From Heteronotia binoei (Eukaryota), in assembly GCF_032191835.1 (NCBI RefSeq), contig NC_083230.1, forward strand, positions 68,076,001 through 68,140,000: DNA of 64,000 nucleotides, read 5' to 3'. The notes under the pieces were generated by a model. It saw only the letters and a program-made list of their open reading frames with translations, searched no databases and had not been told where the DNA came from. Of the stretch, positions 1 through 12,074 are shown in pieces. Position numbers and translations under genes: made by a program. Numbering within the stretch: the first letter of the stretch is position 1; each line of letters begins with the position of its first letter.

Positions 1-1527
1 TTCCTAATGTTTAGCCAAAAACTCTTTTGATTTAATTTCAACCCACTGGTTCTGTTCCAACCTTTTGGGGCAACAGTAAACAATTCTGCACCATCCTTTG
101 TATGACAGCCATTCAAGTACTTGAAGATGGTGATCATATCACCTTTTAGTCATCTCCTCTCCAGGCTAAAGATACCCAGTGTTATATGTGTACATATGTT
201 TTTATTGAATTATTGTATATATATATTATTTTTAATGTTTTTAATATTGAAGTGTTTTAATGATCACAAAATATTTTGAATAAATGAAACTCTAACCCTA
301 AGAAACAGTCCATTAATGTTTTTATAGAAATATTCATCCCTTTCCACCTGTCTCTGTCATTCAATTCATACCCCATTGTTTCCAGTGAGTAAAATGAACA
401 CTCATCTATCTTAATCTGTGTTGTCATTCAAGTAGAAACCGACACTTTGATGCTTCCTTTATCCATTGCAGAAGCAGTCATCTGCAGCAAAGCATATATC
501 TCTTGGGAGCTAGGCATTCCCATGCAAAAACAATGTCAATCAATTAGCTGGAAAGTAACTAGTGCAAGAGAAATGGGCTCCAGAGCAGAGGACCACCTGG
601 ACAATGAATGAAACAAACTCAAGTAGAAACAATGTATAGGATCCAAGCCAGCCTTTTTACTGTCAAGGTTACGAATTTCTATTGTTTGGGCACAGACTTT
701 TTCTGTTGCTGCTCTACTGCTTCCTGGATGTGGGGAAACAGGCACCTGGCCTGGTGACCTTCTGGTGGCTGTCAAAGAGGGCTCTTTAAAATAGCTTATA
801 GGTCATCATGAAGGCTGTAGGTGTGTGCTCTGGTTTATCTATCTTAATTGGGTGTTTAAATAAAGTGTTATAATGATTTGAATAGATAAGTTTTGTGTTT
901 TTCATTGTTACCTTCCTTGGACATAGGATTAGCAGCCACTAGTTGATCTCAAGAATCAAGACTACAGAGATCAGTTCCCCTGGAGAAACCAGCTGATCAC
1001 ATCCCTGCTGAGCTTCTTCCACTCCTAAACTCCACCTTCCCCAGGCTTTGCCCCAAATCTCCAAATCCAGAGTTGTCAACCATACTTGGGCCCTCACTAT
1101 ATCAGGAGAAAGGTGGGGTATATAAATTAAGTAAACCAATCAACAAATGTTCTGGCTCTAAAGCCTGCTTTCCATTGACATGATTCAGTAGTACAAGCAG
1201 ACAGGTTCTTTTCTATTGTGATTCCTTCAATCAGTGGTTCTGTCCCCAATATCACATTGACAGGTGTTTCACTAGCAGACATAGTGCAGCTGCCATAATT
1301 TTTAGGCTAAAGGTACTGATATTTTAAAAATGCATTGGGTTCTGATTAACTAAAAACTGGCCCAGTTTGTCAGTTCTCCTAATATCAACATGCTTATATG
1401 CTTCTGAGGTATTTTTAAAAGCTGCCTTTTTTTCCTTTTATGCCACCAAGTAGTGGTAAATGGAAACCAATAGATGAAGTTATTTAATTGAAAAAGGTTT
1501 TCACTGTTCTCTTAGGCTAAGACTTAC

Positions 1528-2413
1528 TGTTGATTCTGTTGTTATCAAGATGAAGATGCTCAAGGTGAATTCCAATAGCTGGGATTTTGGTGAGTTCATT
1601 GTTAGATAGCTGTAGGTCAAGAAGAGATGAAATATTAAAGATTTTAGCTGGTAGACCTTCATCAGTTAATTTATTGTTATTCAGCCGAAGGAAAAGCAGT
1701 TTGAGCATTGCATTAAAATAGTTCTCCGGTATTGCTTCAATAGAGTTATTATCCAAAAACAGCTGCATTACATTAGCTGGTAGGATTGGTGGCATTCTAG
1801 TGAGTGAGTTTTGAGCAATATTGAGTTGTATGAGATTGTGTAATCCTTGAAAGGTAACATCTGAAAGGGTACTGTCCAAAAGTTTGTTGTGATGCAGATC
1901 TAGCATAGTGAGATTTTCCAGATTGCTGAAGACTTCTCCTGGGATTGTGGTGATTTTGTTTCGTGCCAAACGTAGCTGCTCCAAACTTGCTGGCAATGGA
2001 GCTGGCACCTCTTCTAGCTCATTGTCTTCAAGAAATAAGTAAAGGAGACTCTTCAAGCTGGCAAATACACCCTTTTCAATTCCGTTGCTAGTGAGTTTGT
2101 TGTTGTTCAGATTTATCCATTTTAGTTGAGTGGCATTTGCAAAGGATTCCCCTTTAATTGTTTCAAAGAGGTTGTTTTGAAGATAAAGATACCAAATTCT
2201 TGCTGGGATGATGGGTATTTCTTTAAGTTCCCTACTATCACAGTATAAAGCACTTGGGAAGCCAGGTGGACAGAAACATGGTTGTGGACACTCAAAGCTG
2301 TAGAATGACCAATCATATAAGGAGGTCTGGTCATATATTGGTCTGATATTTCGAGTCCATACAATATTGGCCAGGAAGAGTACCAAAAGGCAGGAACAGA
2401 GTTTTACATTCAT
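1528..2413 (-). CDS. KERA: Keratocan, main coding exon (signal peptide, N-terminal Cys cluster, LRRs); final exon outside the window to the left
   Basis: Translation MNVKLCSCLL...CPQPCFCPPGFPSALYCDSRELKEIPIIPARIWYLYLQNN...LRLARNKI matches class II SLRP keratocan. Acceptor tttttcag|G (exon starts 2420), ATG at 2413, donor AACA|gtaagt at 1528/1527; 886 coding nt, phase 1. Lies next to lumican as in the known EPYC-KERA-LUM-DCN cluster. Confidence 0.95.
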
Positions 2414-3923
2414 AGTTTGCCTGAAAAAGAGAGGAATAGTGAATACTTTCTCCAGCATTCGTTTCTGAAAGGCATAAGGATTTCAATGAAACATCAATGA
2501 AATTTGACAAAAGCTGTCTTTATAATGGATTTAATAGTACCTGACATGGTATCACTGATTTTTTTTTTATTAAAAAAGAGTGATCATTGTTTAAAGGCAA
2601 TGGGATCTACCCCCAAATATATTTCTTACTGTGACTGTATCATATATTGTTTATTAGATAAGCCAAGTCTACTTTCAGTCCAAGAAAGCTAAAAATATAA
2701 TCAATGCTTTCTGTCACTTTTAAACTGGTCTTTGACCTTGCAATGTAAAATATTCCATATGCAAAATAATGTCACCTGAAACAGAGGAGGCATGCGTTAG
2801 AATAGGACTGACATGATTTCATATACTGACAGCTGTCCAGCTGTTTTGACTCTGCTTTAAAACTCACATGTTCTTTTTGTACTCCTAAATGAGAAGGGCA
2901 TCTGGATCAGATTTCCTAGGCCCAGATCTCATTGCACACAAAGGGAAAGATCAAATAATATTTTAACAGCTGTTTAATGGTCATATTCTTAGAATTCTGG
3001 GAAAATTAGTTTGAATAATCTATGTACTTTTTCAATAACCCCCTTGTGCCTTAAATTACTTGCTGTCTTAAAAAAAAATGTAAATTGCTTATAAAGCAAA
3101 TTCTGCCCAGACCTAAACTTTACTGCTTAACACATACTCAAGTTTCTTTGTCCAAAACCATTCTTAATTCTCACACTAAAATTTTCCACTGAGTGTATAA
3201 TTATTTTTAAAAATTCCTATAAATAATGGGTGACCATTACAATAAAAATATATCTCATTTCCTGATGTTTGCCTTAATTAATAAACTAATGAGTTGTTGC
3301 CTTGTTTCCTTTTGAGAAAAACATTTAGCCAGCAGCACAAATTGATAGAGATTGATTTTGCCCCTTAAAAGCATTAAAATTGATAGAGAATCACAGAGAC
3401 AGATCACTAATACAAAAGAAAACCTAATATCTGGTATTAACAAAATAGTATTTTAGTAGTTATAGTAGCTATTATTGTAGCTATTTCAGTAGTACAGTAG
3501 CTATTGCTGTGAAACATCTTGTGCCAAAATTTTGAAGTCCTTAGAAACTGCTGTTGGATAACAGTCCACAAAATTGCTGAATGTTTGAAATAATGAAAAA
3601 AAGAAAGGAATAAAAAACAAGTGTCGACAAAAAGATTATCATTGACTTAAACATTAGCTTTCTATTACATATGTACATTTTCAAAATTGTTATAATGAGT
3701 AATTAAAATGAGTTTACCTTGTTCAGGTTAAGTTCTGGTTTCTGGAGGCTGCTAGAAATAGTTTGAGTATAAAATATCTCCTTTCAACATTTTTTGCAGT
3801 CTGAATTTCTGGAAATTAGCATCATAGAACCTAAAATATATAGTAGTAGCCCTGAGACACACTACCAAAGACACCCAATATTCCATTGTTTCTAATTTGA
3901 CAATGCTACAGAATCAAGCTTAC

Positions 3924-4026
3924 CTCATCTTTCTTGGATTCTCTTCTGTTCTTTCTATTGGCCACTGTTGCTAGACTGTAAGAGGTTGAGTCAGGCAACA
4001 CGCCTGAATACAGCCTAATATATAAG
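3924..4026 (-). promoter_or_regulatory. KERA: Probable KERA non-coding first exon and core promoter
   Basis: On the minus strand a TATATA-like box (~4019-4024) is followed by ~90 nt ending in donor GAG|gtaagc (3924/3923). AP-1-like TGAGTCA at 3987-3993. An alternative donor AAG|gtaaac lies near 3719. Inferred from motifs only. Confidence 0.45.
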
Positions 4027-4870
4027 CATCAATGACTACAATTTTTAACCCCTAAAATAGCTAATGTACCTCAGCACCTATACACTAAAATGCAGGAAAT
4101 CCTGGATTTTGCATCAAGCAGCTACAGTCCTTAAGGTCGTTCCCAGAGATGGTAAACTCAGATTTTAGAAGAATGGATAGACTGAACTAGAGCAATCAGG
4201 TGTTATTAATGCATCTGTAATCAAATATTAATAAATTATGTCTGTACTATTTAAATTAAAGAAGACAGAATTAAAACTAGTGCCATCTGTTCCTGCGGAA
4301 ACCTTTTGTTTGACTCTGATAAAAAACAGATGTAGGAATGCTTTCAGAGATATGCTTCTTGATTAGGGAATGCAAGGCAGACTGCTTCTAATTTTTTAAA
4401 AAAGAAAATAATTTTTCTCTCTGCTAAAGTAGTTTTATACTGTTGTTCTTCTTATGATCCCAGAACTGATTTTTTGCTACCTGCTCAAAATGGTTTTAAT
4501 ATAATACAGCACAAACTTTCCTCTTCATTCCTGATCAGCGTTCTGTTATTCTCTGTCTAGTTTTACAACCTGGAGTAATGTGCATGTGTACTCCACATGT
4601 GATCCCTTGCAAAAAGAAAAAGAAAAGATTAAATCATATTCAAAAGAACTACTATTAAGTGTTGCCAGACTGGAAACACTAAGAGTATTTTGCTATTAAA
4701 ATCAGTCGATTGTTTTTGTTAGCAATATTTCAATTATCATATTAAAAAGAAATGTATTTGTTTATGAGATTTTGTATGCTGCCTTTCCCCCTTTTAAAAA
4801 CCCATCAAAGTCACTTAGAACAATAGTTAAAATCTATCAGTAGTTTAAAAGATATTAAATATACCAATTG

Positions 4871-5159
4871 AAGTCATCCCTCTGTGCAAGCACCAGTTGT
4901 TTCTGACTCTGGGGTGATGTTGCTTTCACAACATTTTCATGGCAGACTTTTTATGGGGTGGTTTCCCGTTGCCTTCCCCCATCATTTACACTTTACCCCC
5001 AGCAAGCAGGGTACTCATTTTACCAACCTCACAAGGATGGAAGGATGAGTCAACCATGAGCTGGCTACTTGAACCCAGCTTCTGCCAGGATTGAACTCAG
5101 GTCGTGAGCAGAGCTTGGACTGCAGTACTGCAGCTTACCACGCTGCACCATGGGGCTCC
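4871..5159 (-). mobile_element. Sauria-type SINE
   Basis: Reverse complement begins ggagccccatggtgcagcgtggtaagctgcagtactgcag and has the BovB-like 3' part (ggggaaggcaacgggaaaccacc); homologous to the copy at 34900-35189. Confidence 0.8.
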
Positions 5160-5302
5160 TTAAAAATTAAATAACACACCCCACACAAACGCATCAAAAC
5201 AGAATCATAATAGTTAGGTTGCCAGTTTACAGTGGTGGCACAGATAATATTTTTAACATTAAATGAAGGCTTCTTGACATACACCAGTTCAGCCCACATC
5301 TG

Positions 5303-6094
5303 CAATTGCAATAAAAAAGGCCGATGCCATGCTGGGAATTATTAGGAAGGGAATTGAAAACAAATCAGCCAGTATCATAATTCCCCGGGTGGCCCGTTCC
5401 CAGTGGGAGGTCTTGAAAAGGCAGCTCCAAGCTGGCTGTCACAGGTGACTGCCGGCTGCAGTGCCAAAGGCTGATCACACTCCAGATCATTAAGAGGACA
5501 GGTCTTTAACAACTGAGTATCAGTCCTTAACAGGGACAGCTTGCCCACTAGGCCAACTCCATGCTGGGAATTATTAGGAAGGGAACTGAAAACAAATCAG
5601 CCAGTATCATAATTCCCCTGTGTAAATCGATGGTGCTGTCTCATTTGGAGTACTGTGTGCAGTTCTGGTCACCACACCTCAAAAAGGATATTATAGCATT
5701 GGAGAAAGTCCAGAAAAGGGAAACTAGAATGATTAAAGGGCTGGAACACTTTCCCTATGAAGAAAGGTTGAAACGCTTGGGACTCTTTAGCTTGGAGAAA
5801 CGTCGACTGCGGGGTGACATGACAGAAGTTTACAAGGTTATGCATGGGATGGAGAAAGTAGAGAAAGAAGTCCTTTTCTCCCTTTCTCACAATACAAGAA
5901 CTCGTGAGCATTCAATGAAATTGCTGAGCAGTCAGGTTAAAACGGATAAAAGGAAGTACTTCTTCACCCAAAGGGTGATTAACGTGTGGAATTCACTGCC
6001 ACAGGAGGTGGTGGCGGCTATAAGCATAGCCAGCTTTAAGAGGGGATTGGATAAAAATATGGAGCAGAGGTCCATCAGTGGCTATTAGCCACAG

Positions 6095-6125
<31 letters not shown>

Positions 6126-6238
6126 ATAAACATACATACACACACACACACATACATATATTGGCCACTGTGTGACCAATGTTGTTGGACTGGATGGGCC
6201 ACTGGCCTGATCCAACATGGCTTCTCTTATGTTCTTAT
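5303..6238 (+). mobile_element. CR1 LINE, 5'-truncated 3' fragment (ORF2 C-terminus and 3'UTR)
   Basis: ORF 5561-6088 (HLEYCVQFWSPHLKKDIIALEKVQKR...LFSLEKRRLRGD) is the CR1 RT C-terminus; ends in ...ctgatccaacatggcttctcttatgttcttat like the other copies. Confidence 0.92.
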
Positions 6239-7582
6239 CTGCTTTGCTAGCCATGAACAGATCTCTCTCTGTCTCTCTCTCTTTTTTTTTGGAGGGGGGG
6301 TGTTTAGTTTGATAATTCATTGATCTCTTTGTGGATATTCAGTGGGTTGTTTCACTGGGATCGGCCCCTCCCAGCCAAGCCTGCACGCCAGTGTTTAGGC
6401 TGGGGGCCGTGATTGCCACCCGGAAGGAGGAGGTGGCTGGACAACGTCCCAGGCATCTGGGTCTTCATTCTGGGCGCGGCGTCGGGACTATATAAAGCCC
6501 CGGGCCCGCCCAGAACCATGCAGTTGCTTTTGGCTCTCTGCCCTCCCACCCGCCCTTTTTGGCAGTACAGGTTTTTACCGGTCGCCTTATTAGGGGCCAA
6601 GTAGGAATTTTTTCATCTTCACAGAATTGGCCCATGTGGAGTTGTTTTTTGCCTACCTTGTACTGTCTTGTAGCTTTAGAGAGTTTAGCATGAGTTTGTT
6701 TGGTCGCAGGCAGGAGGATGTATTGGCCACAGGGTTTTCAGGGGAGCACCTATGGCTCAGCACCAGGTGTGCGGGTGGTCTGTATGAACTGCAAATGGGC
6801 TGTACGGCTCAGTGCGGGGAATGCAGATCACGAAGAAGCCTCACCTGGGCGGATCTTTTCCATGGGGGATTGATGCTGGCCCAGGTGGAGGATGGCTTTG
6901 GGCCTGGCCGCTCAGCACCAGCCAGAATACATGGGCTTGTGCTAGGGTTCCCAACCCTCCCGCCCTAGCGAGGGACCCCAGGTTTTCCAGCCTCTTCCCC
7001 CGCTCCCCAAAGAAACGGAAGTGGGGGGAGAAACGGCGCGAAGGAGCGTGGCAAGCTGCCCCTTTTCTGCTTCACCATGGCTGCTCCTCCAAGATGGGCT
7101 CAGGCTGGGCCCATCTCGGAAGAGCAGCTGGGATGGGGCGGAAAGGGGGCGGTGGGGGGGCGGGCCGGGGGGGCGGGCCAGGAGCGTGGCGGGGGGTGGG
7201 GTGGGAGAGAGAGTGTGCCGCTCTAGGCTGTGCTGGGAAGTGCCTCCTCCTCTTCCTACTTGGTCTCCTGGGCAACCCAAGTCAGACGCCTTAGCTGCCC
7301 GCCCACCTTCTGGCGCGGCCTCCTGGGGTGGGAGGGGAGAAAAAGCGAGAGGGCCGCTCCAGGCCACGCGCGGAAGTGCCTCCCCTTCCTGCTCGGTCTC
7401 CGGGGCAATGCCAAGCAGAGGCCTTCGCTACCCGCTCGCTCGCCCGCCACCTGGCAGCTGCTGGCTTGGCCTCCTGGGGGGTGGGAGCGCGGCTCCCAGG
7501 GAGGGCGGGTGGGGGTGGCTCCTTGCCTGCCCCCCGGGTCCACTTGGGGTGGAGGGGAGCCGCTGGTGTGCGGGCTGCTGCC

Positions 7583-10500
7583 ATGGCTGGTCCTGCCGCC
7601 GCCACCATCCGGATCGGGGACCAGCTCATCTTGGAGGAAGACTATGGCTTTCCCCCCTCGCCTCCTTCACGCTCCCACACCCCCCCCGCCCCCCCCACCC
7701 GCGACAAGGTCATCAACCGAGAAGCTCTCTCACCCATGCCTCTGAGAACTATATTAAGAACTGTGCTTAAAACGGTCCCTATACTAGAAAACAGCACCTG
7801 CACTTTAAGAGCCGCCACGAAGCACCAAAGACGCCTAAAACCTGGACATTCGATTTTGAATACTTATACCAACCACCAGCACTTTAAGAACTAAACCCTA
7901 CCTCACCTCCAACTTTTATCCCCACTGCCCACGGACTATAGATCACCACTAGAATTATTATTAAGAATGAATTAGATTTAAATTGATTAGAAACTGGATT
8001 TATTAAATTGATTAGAAACTGGATTTATTATGTATTTATGTTTTTAAATGCATATAGAATTAATTAATTCAATTGATTATTTATTCACGTTAGCACTTTA
8101 GATTAGTTAGGAATTGGACTTTATTATAGTGCTAAGTAGGAATTATTATTTACTAATCAAATTGGAAGATTATGGTGAACTAGATAACTGGGAACAGAGG
8201 ACGAAGGTGGGCAGGAGATCTATGCTGTGTATCAATACCAACTAGTCAGTGGAATACTATCATTGGGAGAATAGGTCGGGATGTCCAGTCAGGGGATCCC
8301 AGTGCTCCTGGGGAGGGGAAGATATGACGGTGGGAATAGACGGAGATGTGAGAGAAGGAGGCTGAGACAAAACAGTGCTCGGCCCCCTTCTAGTCTACTT
8401 CCCATCCCGACGGTGACAAGTAGTGGGACCAAGAGAAATTGCCCGCGTCCGACACTGGTGTTATGCAACGCCAGGTCTATAAATAATAAGACCGAAACCA
8501 TTAGGGACTTCCTGCTTCGACAGGACGCAGACCTGGCTTGCGTGACCGAGACCTGGGTACAAGAGGGGGAGACGACGGCACTCTCCCAGATGACCCCCCC
8601 AGGTTACTCGGTCTTTCACCAGTCCCGGATTAGCGGGCGGGGGGGGCGGGGGGGCGGTACTCATACGGGAGGGTTACTCCTTCCGGGCTCTCCCGGCCCC
8701 AAAGATCGACGGTATTGAGTGTGTTGGCCTTGCGTGGGATGTCGGGGAGAGGTTGGCGATCCGCCTAACGCACCGGCCAGCGCCTTACCATCCCTGATGG
8801 AGGCGGTGTCCGGCTGGGCGCTGGAGTACCCAGGGCTTCTGGTCCTGGGCGACTTCAATGTCCATGCCGATGACGCGGCCTCTACTCAGGCGATGGACCT
8901 AGTGTCTTCCATGACGACACTGGGACTCTCCCAATTTGTTACGACTCCCACGCATCAGGCTGGGCACACATTAGATCTGATCTTTGCGACCGGGATTCAA
9001 GTGAACGAAATCGCAACGGAGACGATACCATGGTCGGATCACTTAGCCCTCAAGGCTCGTATGGAGACGCTACCACAACCCTGTAAGGGCGGAGAGCCTA
9101 TTTGGCTCGCCCGCGGAGCCTGATGGACCCGGAACGGTTCCAAATGGCTCTTCGGGATCCTTGGCCCCCTGGCGATTCCCTTGATGCCCTGGTTGATGCC
9201 TGGCAAGATCGGCTATCCGGGGCAATCAACGAGATCGCACCTTGACGTCCTCTGCGCCCTCGTTCAAGGCCGGCTCCTTGGTATACCTTGGAGCTACGCC
9301 GGTTGAAACAAGGACTCCGACGACTAGAGAGGCAGTGGCGGCGCACTCGTGACGAAGCGGCGAGAACATCCTATAGAACGTTGATGAGGTCTTATGAGGT
9401 GGCAGTCAAGGCCGCGAAGAAGAAGTACTTCGCGGCCAAGATTGCGTCTGCAAATTCGCGCCCAGCACAATTGTTTAAAATAATCGGGCAGTTAACCACA
9501 CTGCCCCAAGGCAGACCAAACGTTAGAGAATTGGAAATAGGCTGTGAGGCTTTTGCGAAATTTTTTGCAGACAAAATCACGTCGCTCCGCCAGGACCTGC
9601 CCATCACCTTGGATACAGTGTGTGAGCCCGAGGCCCCGTGTCTGTCTTCGGATTTAATCCTGGATCACTTCAGCCCGCTCAGCCTGGAGGAAGTTGACGG
9701 AATTCTCTCCTCTGCACGCCCTACAACTTGTGATTTGGACCCATGCCCCTCCTGGCTAATTAAATCCTGCCTGAGGGAGCTTGAATGTCCTTTACGGGAC
9801 ATCATAAATAGATCCCTCTCGGAGGGGCGCTTTCCATCATCTCTAAAAGAGGCTTTGGTCCGTCCCCTCTTGAAAAAAAGTACAGCGGATCCGGCCGAAT
9901 TGGCAAACTACCGACCGGTCTCTAATTTACCATTTTTAGGTAAAATTATAGAGAGGGCAGTGGCGTCACAGTTGCAGAGCTTTCTGGATGACGCTTCCAT
10001 CCTAGACCCTTGCCAGTCCGGCTTTCGTCCGGGTTACGGGACGGAGACAGTACTGGTCGCCCTGGTAGATGATCTCCAACGGCACCTGGATCGGGGCGGT
10101 GTGGCGGTGCTGATGTTGTTGGACCTGTCGGCTGCGTTCGACACGGTCGACCATCGGCTACTGACCCGCCGCCTCGCCGATGAGGGGGTCTGCCTTACAA
10201 TGGCTTGCCTCCTTCCTCGAGGATCGGGGACAAAGGGTGGCAATTGGGGGAGCTGTCCCAGAGGCGCACACTGGATTGTGGAGTGCCTCAGGGGGCAGTT
10301 CTCTCACCAATGCTATTTAATATCTACATGCGCCCCCTTGCCCAGATTGCCAGGAGACATGGACTTGGGTGCCATCAATATGCAGATAACACCCAACTCT
10401 ATCTGCTAATGGACGGCCGGCCTGACTGCGTCCCAGAGAATTTAGACCGGGCCCTGCAGGATTTGGCAACCTGGTTGAGGAAGAGCGGGCTGAAACTGAA

Positions 10501-11469
10501 TCCAGCGAAGACAGAAGTCCTTTGTCTGGGTCGGGGCGCTCGGGGAGGGGAAATACCTCTCCCGGTCTTTGACGGGGCGCCATTGAAAGTGGCGCACCAA
10601 GTTAAGAGCCTGGGAGTTTTACTGGAGCCTGCATTATCAATGGAGGCCCAGATTGCAGCCACTGCCAAGTCAGCCTTTTTCCATCTAAGGCGGGCAAAGC
10701 AGTTGGCTCCCTTCCTAGAGCGCCAAGATCTGGCAATGGTGCTTCATGCAACAGTCACCTCGAGACTGGATTACTGTAATGCCCTCTACATGGGGCTGCC
10801 TCTGTGCCGAACCCGGAAGCTGCAGCTGGTGCAGAACGCAGCGGCTAGACTGTTGCTGGGACTCCCTAAATGGGAGCACATACAGCCTGGGCTGCGCGAA
10901 CTGCACTGGCTGCCAGTTACATACCGGGTTCGTTACAAAGTGCTGGTCATTACCTTTAAAGCCCTATATGGTCGAGGACCTGTCTACCTTAGGGACCGTC
11001 TCTCCTCATATGAACCCCAGAGAGCACTGAGGTCAGCCGGGAAAAACCTGCTGACTATCCCCGGACCGAGAGAGGTGAAGCTGCAAAGCACCCGTAACCG
11101 GGCCTTCTCCTCTATAGCCCCGAGCCTATGGAACCAACTTCCAGAGGAAATGCGGGCCCTGCGGGACCTAGAACAGTTCCGCAGGGCCTGCAAGACCTTC
11201 CTCTTCAGACTGGCCTTCCCTGATGAAAATGGAAATTGCGAAGGAAACCGCCATCAGAAAAAGTAAACATAGCACTAGCACTTTTAAAAATTAACTAATT
11301 TAATTTTAAAGCTTAACCAGATTTTAACTAAATGCTGATAATGTTTAATGTAGTTTTATTTACTTGTATAATTTAACTCTGAACCATGTTGTTAGCCGCC
11401 CTGAGCCTGCTCCGGCGGGGAGGGCGGGATACAAATAAAATTTGTTGTTGTTGTTGTAGCAAGCAAGGT
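7583..11469 (+). pseudogene. CEP164: Captured fragment of the CEP164 first coding exon (7583-7646 + 11457-11467, then GT donor), interrupted by an L2 LINE
   Basis: gccATGG start encodes MAGPAAATIRIGDQLILEEDY, matching the CEP164 N-terminus as I recall it (human [28 protein letters not shown]). After the L2 tail the sequence resumes t-agc-aag-caa-g|gt (S-[E>K]-Q then donor). Confidence 0.75.
7647..11457 (+). mobile_element. L2-clade LINE, long young copy; APE-RT ORF2 broken by ~3 frameshifts
   Basis: Endonuclease motifs LCNARS, DLACVTETW, LVLGDFNVH, GHTLDLIF, SDH (8281-9123). RT motifs NYRPVSNLPFLGKIIE, QSGFRPGYGTET, LLDLSAAFDTVDH, GVPQGAVLSPMLFNIY, YADNTQ (9288-11266). 3' end gttagccgccctgag...gggcgggatacaaataaaa + (GTT)n. 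Confidence 0.95.
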
Positions 11470-11544
11470 ATCCCCTCCTCGCCCTGCCTGGGGGGTGGGG
11501 GTCACCCGAGGGGGGTCCAGGCCCTCCTCCTCCTCCTCCCGCTG

Positions 11545-12074
11545 TAAGGTTGCCAATCCCCAGGTGGGGGCAGGGGATCCCCTGGTTTGGAGGCCCTCCC
11601 CCCACTTCAGGGTTGTCAGAAACCGGGGGGAGGGGAGGGGAATGTCTGCTGGGAACTTTATTATTCCCTATGGAGATGTATTCCCATAGGAAATAATGGA
11701 GAATTGATCCATGGGTATCTGCGGCTCGGGGGGGGGGCTGTTTTTTGAGGTAGAGGCACCAAATGTTCAGTACAGCATCTAGTGCCTCTCCCCAAAATAC
11801 CCCCCAAGTTTCAAAACGATTGGACCAGGGGGTCCAATTCTATGAGCCCCAAAAGAAGGTGCCCCTATCCTTCATTACTTCCTATGGGAGGAAGGAATTG
11901 AAAAGGTGTGCTGTCCCTTTAAATGTGATGGCCAGAACTCCCTTTGGAGTTCATGATGCTTGTCACAGCCTTGATCTTGGCTCCGCCCCAAAGTCTCCTG
12001 GCTCCACCCCCAAAGTCTCCTGGCTCCACCCCCAAAGTCCCCAGATATTTCTTAAATTGGACTTGGCAACCCTA
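11545..12074. mobile_element. hAT MITE (family B) forming the right end of the composite unit
   Basis: TAAGGTTGCCAATCCCC...TTGGCAACCCTA; closely similar to 62471-63285. Its own left flank (tcccgctg) does not match its right flank (gcttgtgc). Confidence 0.88.

Larger units (their letters stand above)
6943..12074. mobile_element. Composite hAT-type transposed unit carrying host DNA (Pack-type)
   Basis: Starts TAGGGTTCCCAA, ends TTGGCAACCCTA, flanked by identical 8-mers gcttgtgc (6935-6942 and 12075-12082); 8-bp TSDs are characteristic of hAT. Confidence 0.85.

Noticed and set aside
1-1500. KERA last exon
   Set aside because: No minus-strand frame with the expected LRYLRLDGN-type C-terminal motif was found; it is presumably left of the window.
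2414-2458. N-terminal extension MLEKVFTIPLFFRQT in the ORF track
   Set aside because: Runs through the splice acceptor into intron; the signal peptide starts at the ATG at 2413.
6812-7580. Long overlapping ORFs on both strands in the GC-rich block
   Set aside because: Expected by chance at this GC content; low-complexity translations with no recognisable domain upstream of the ATG at 7583.
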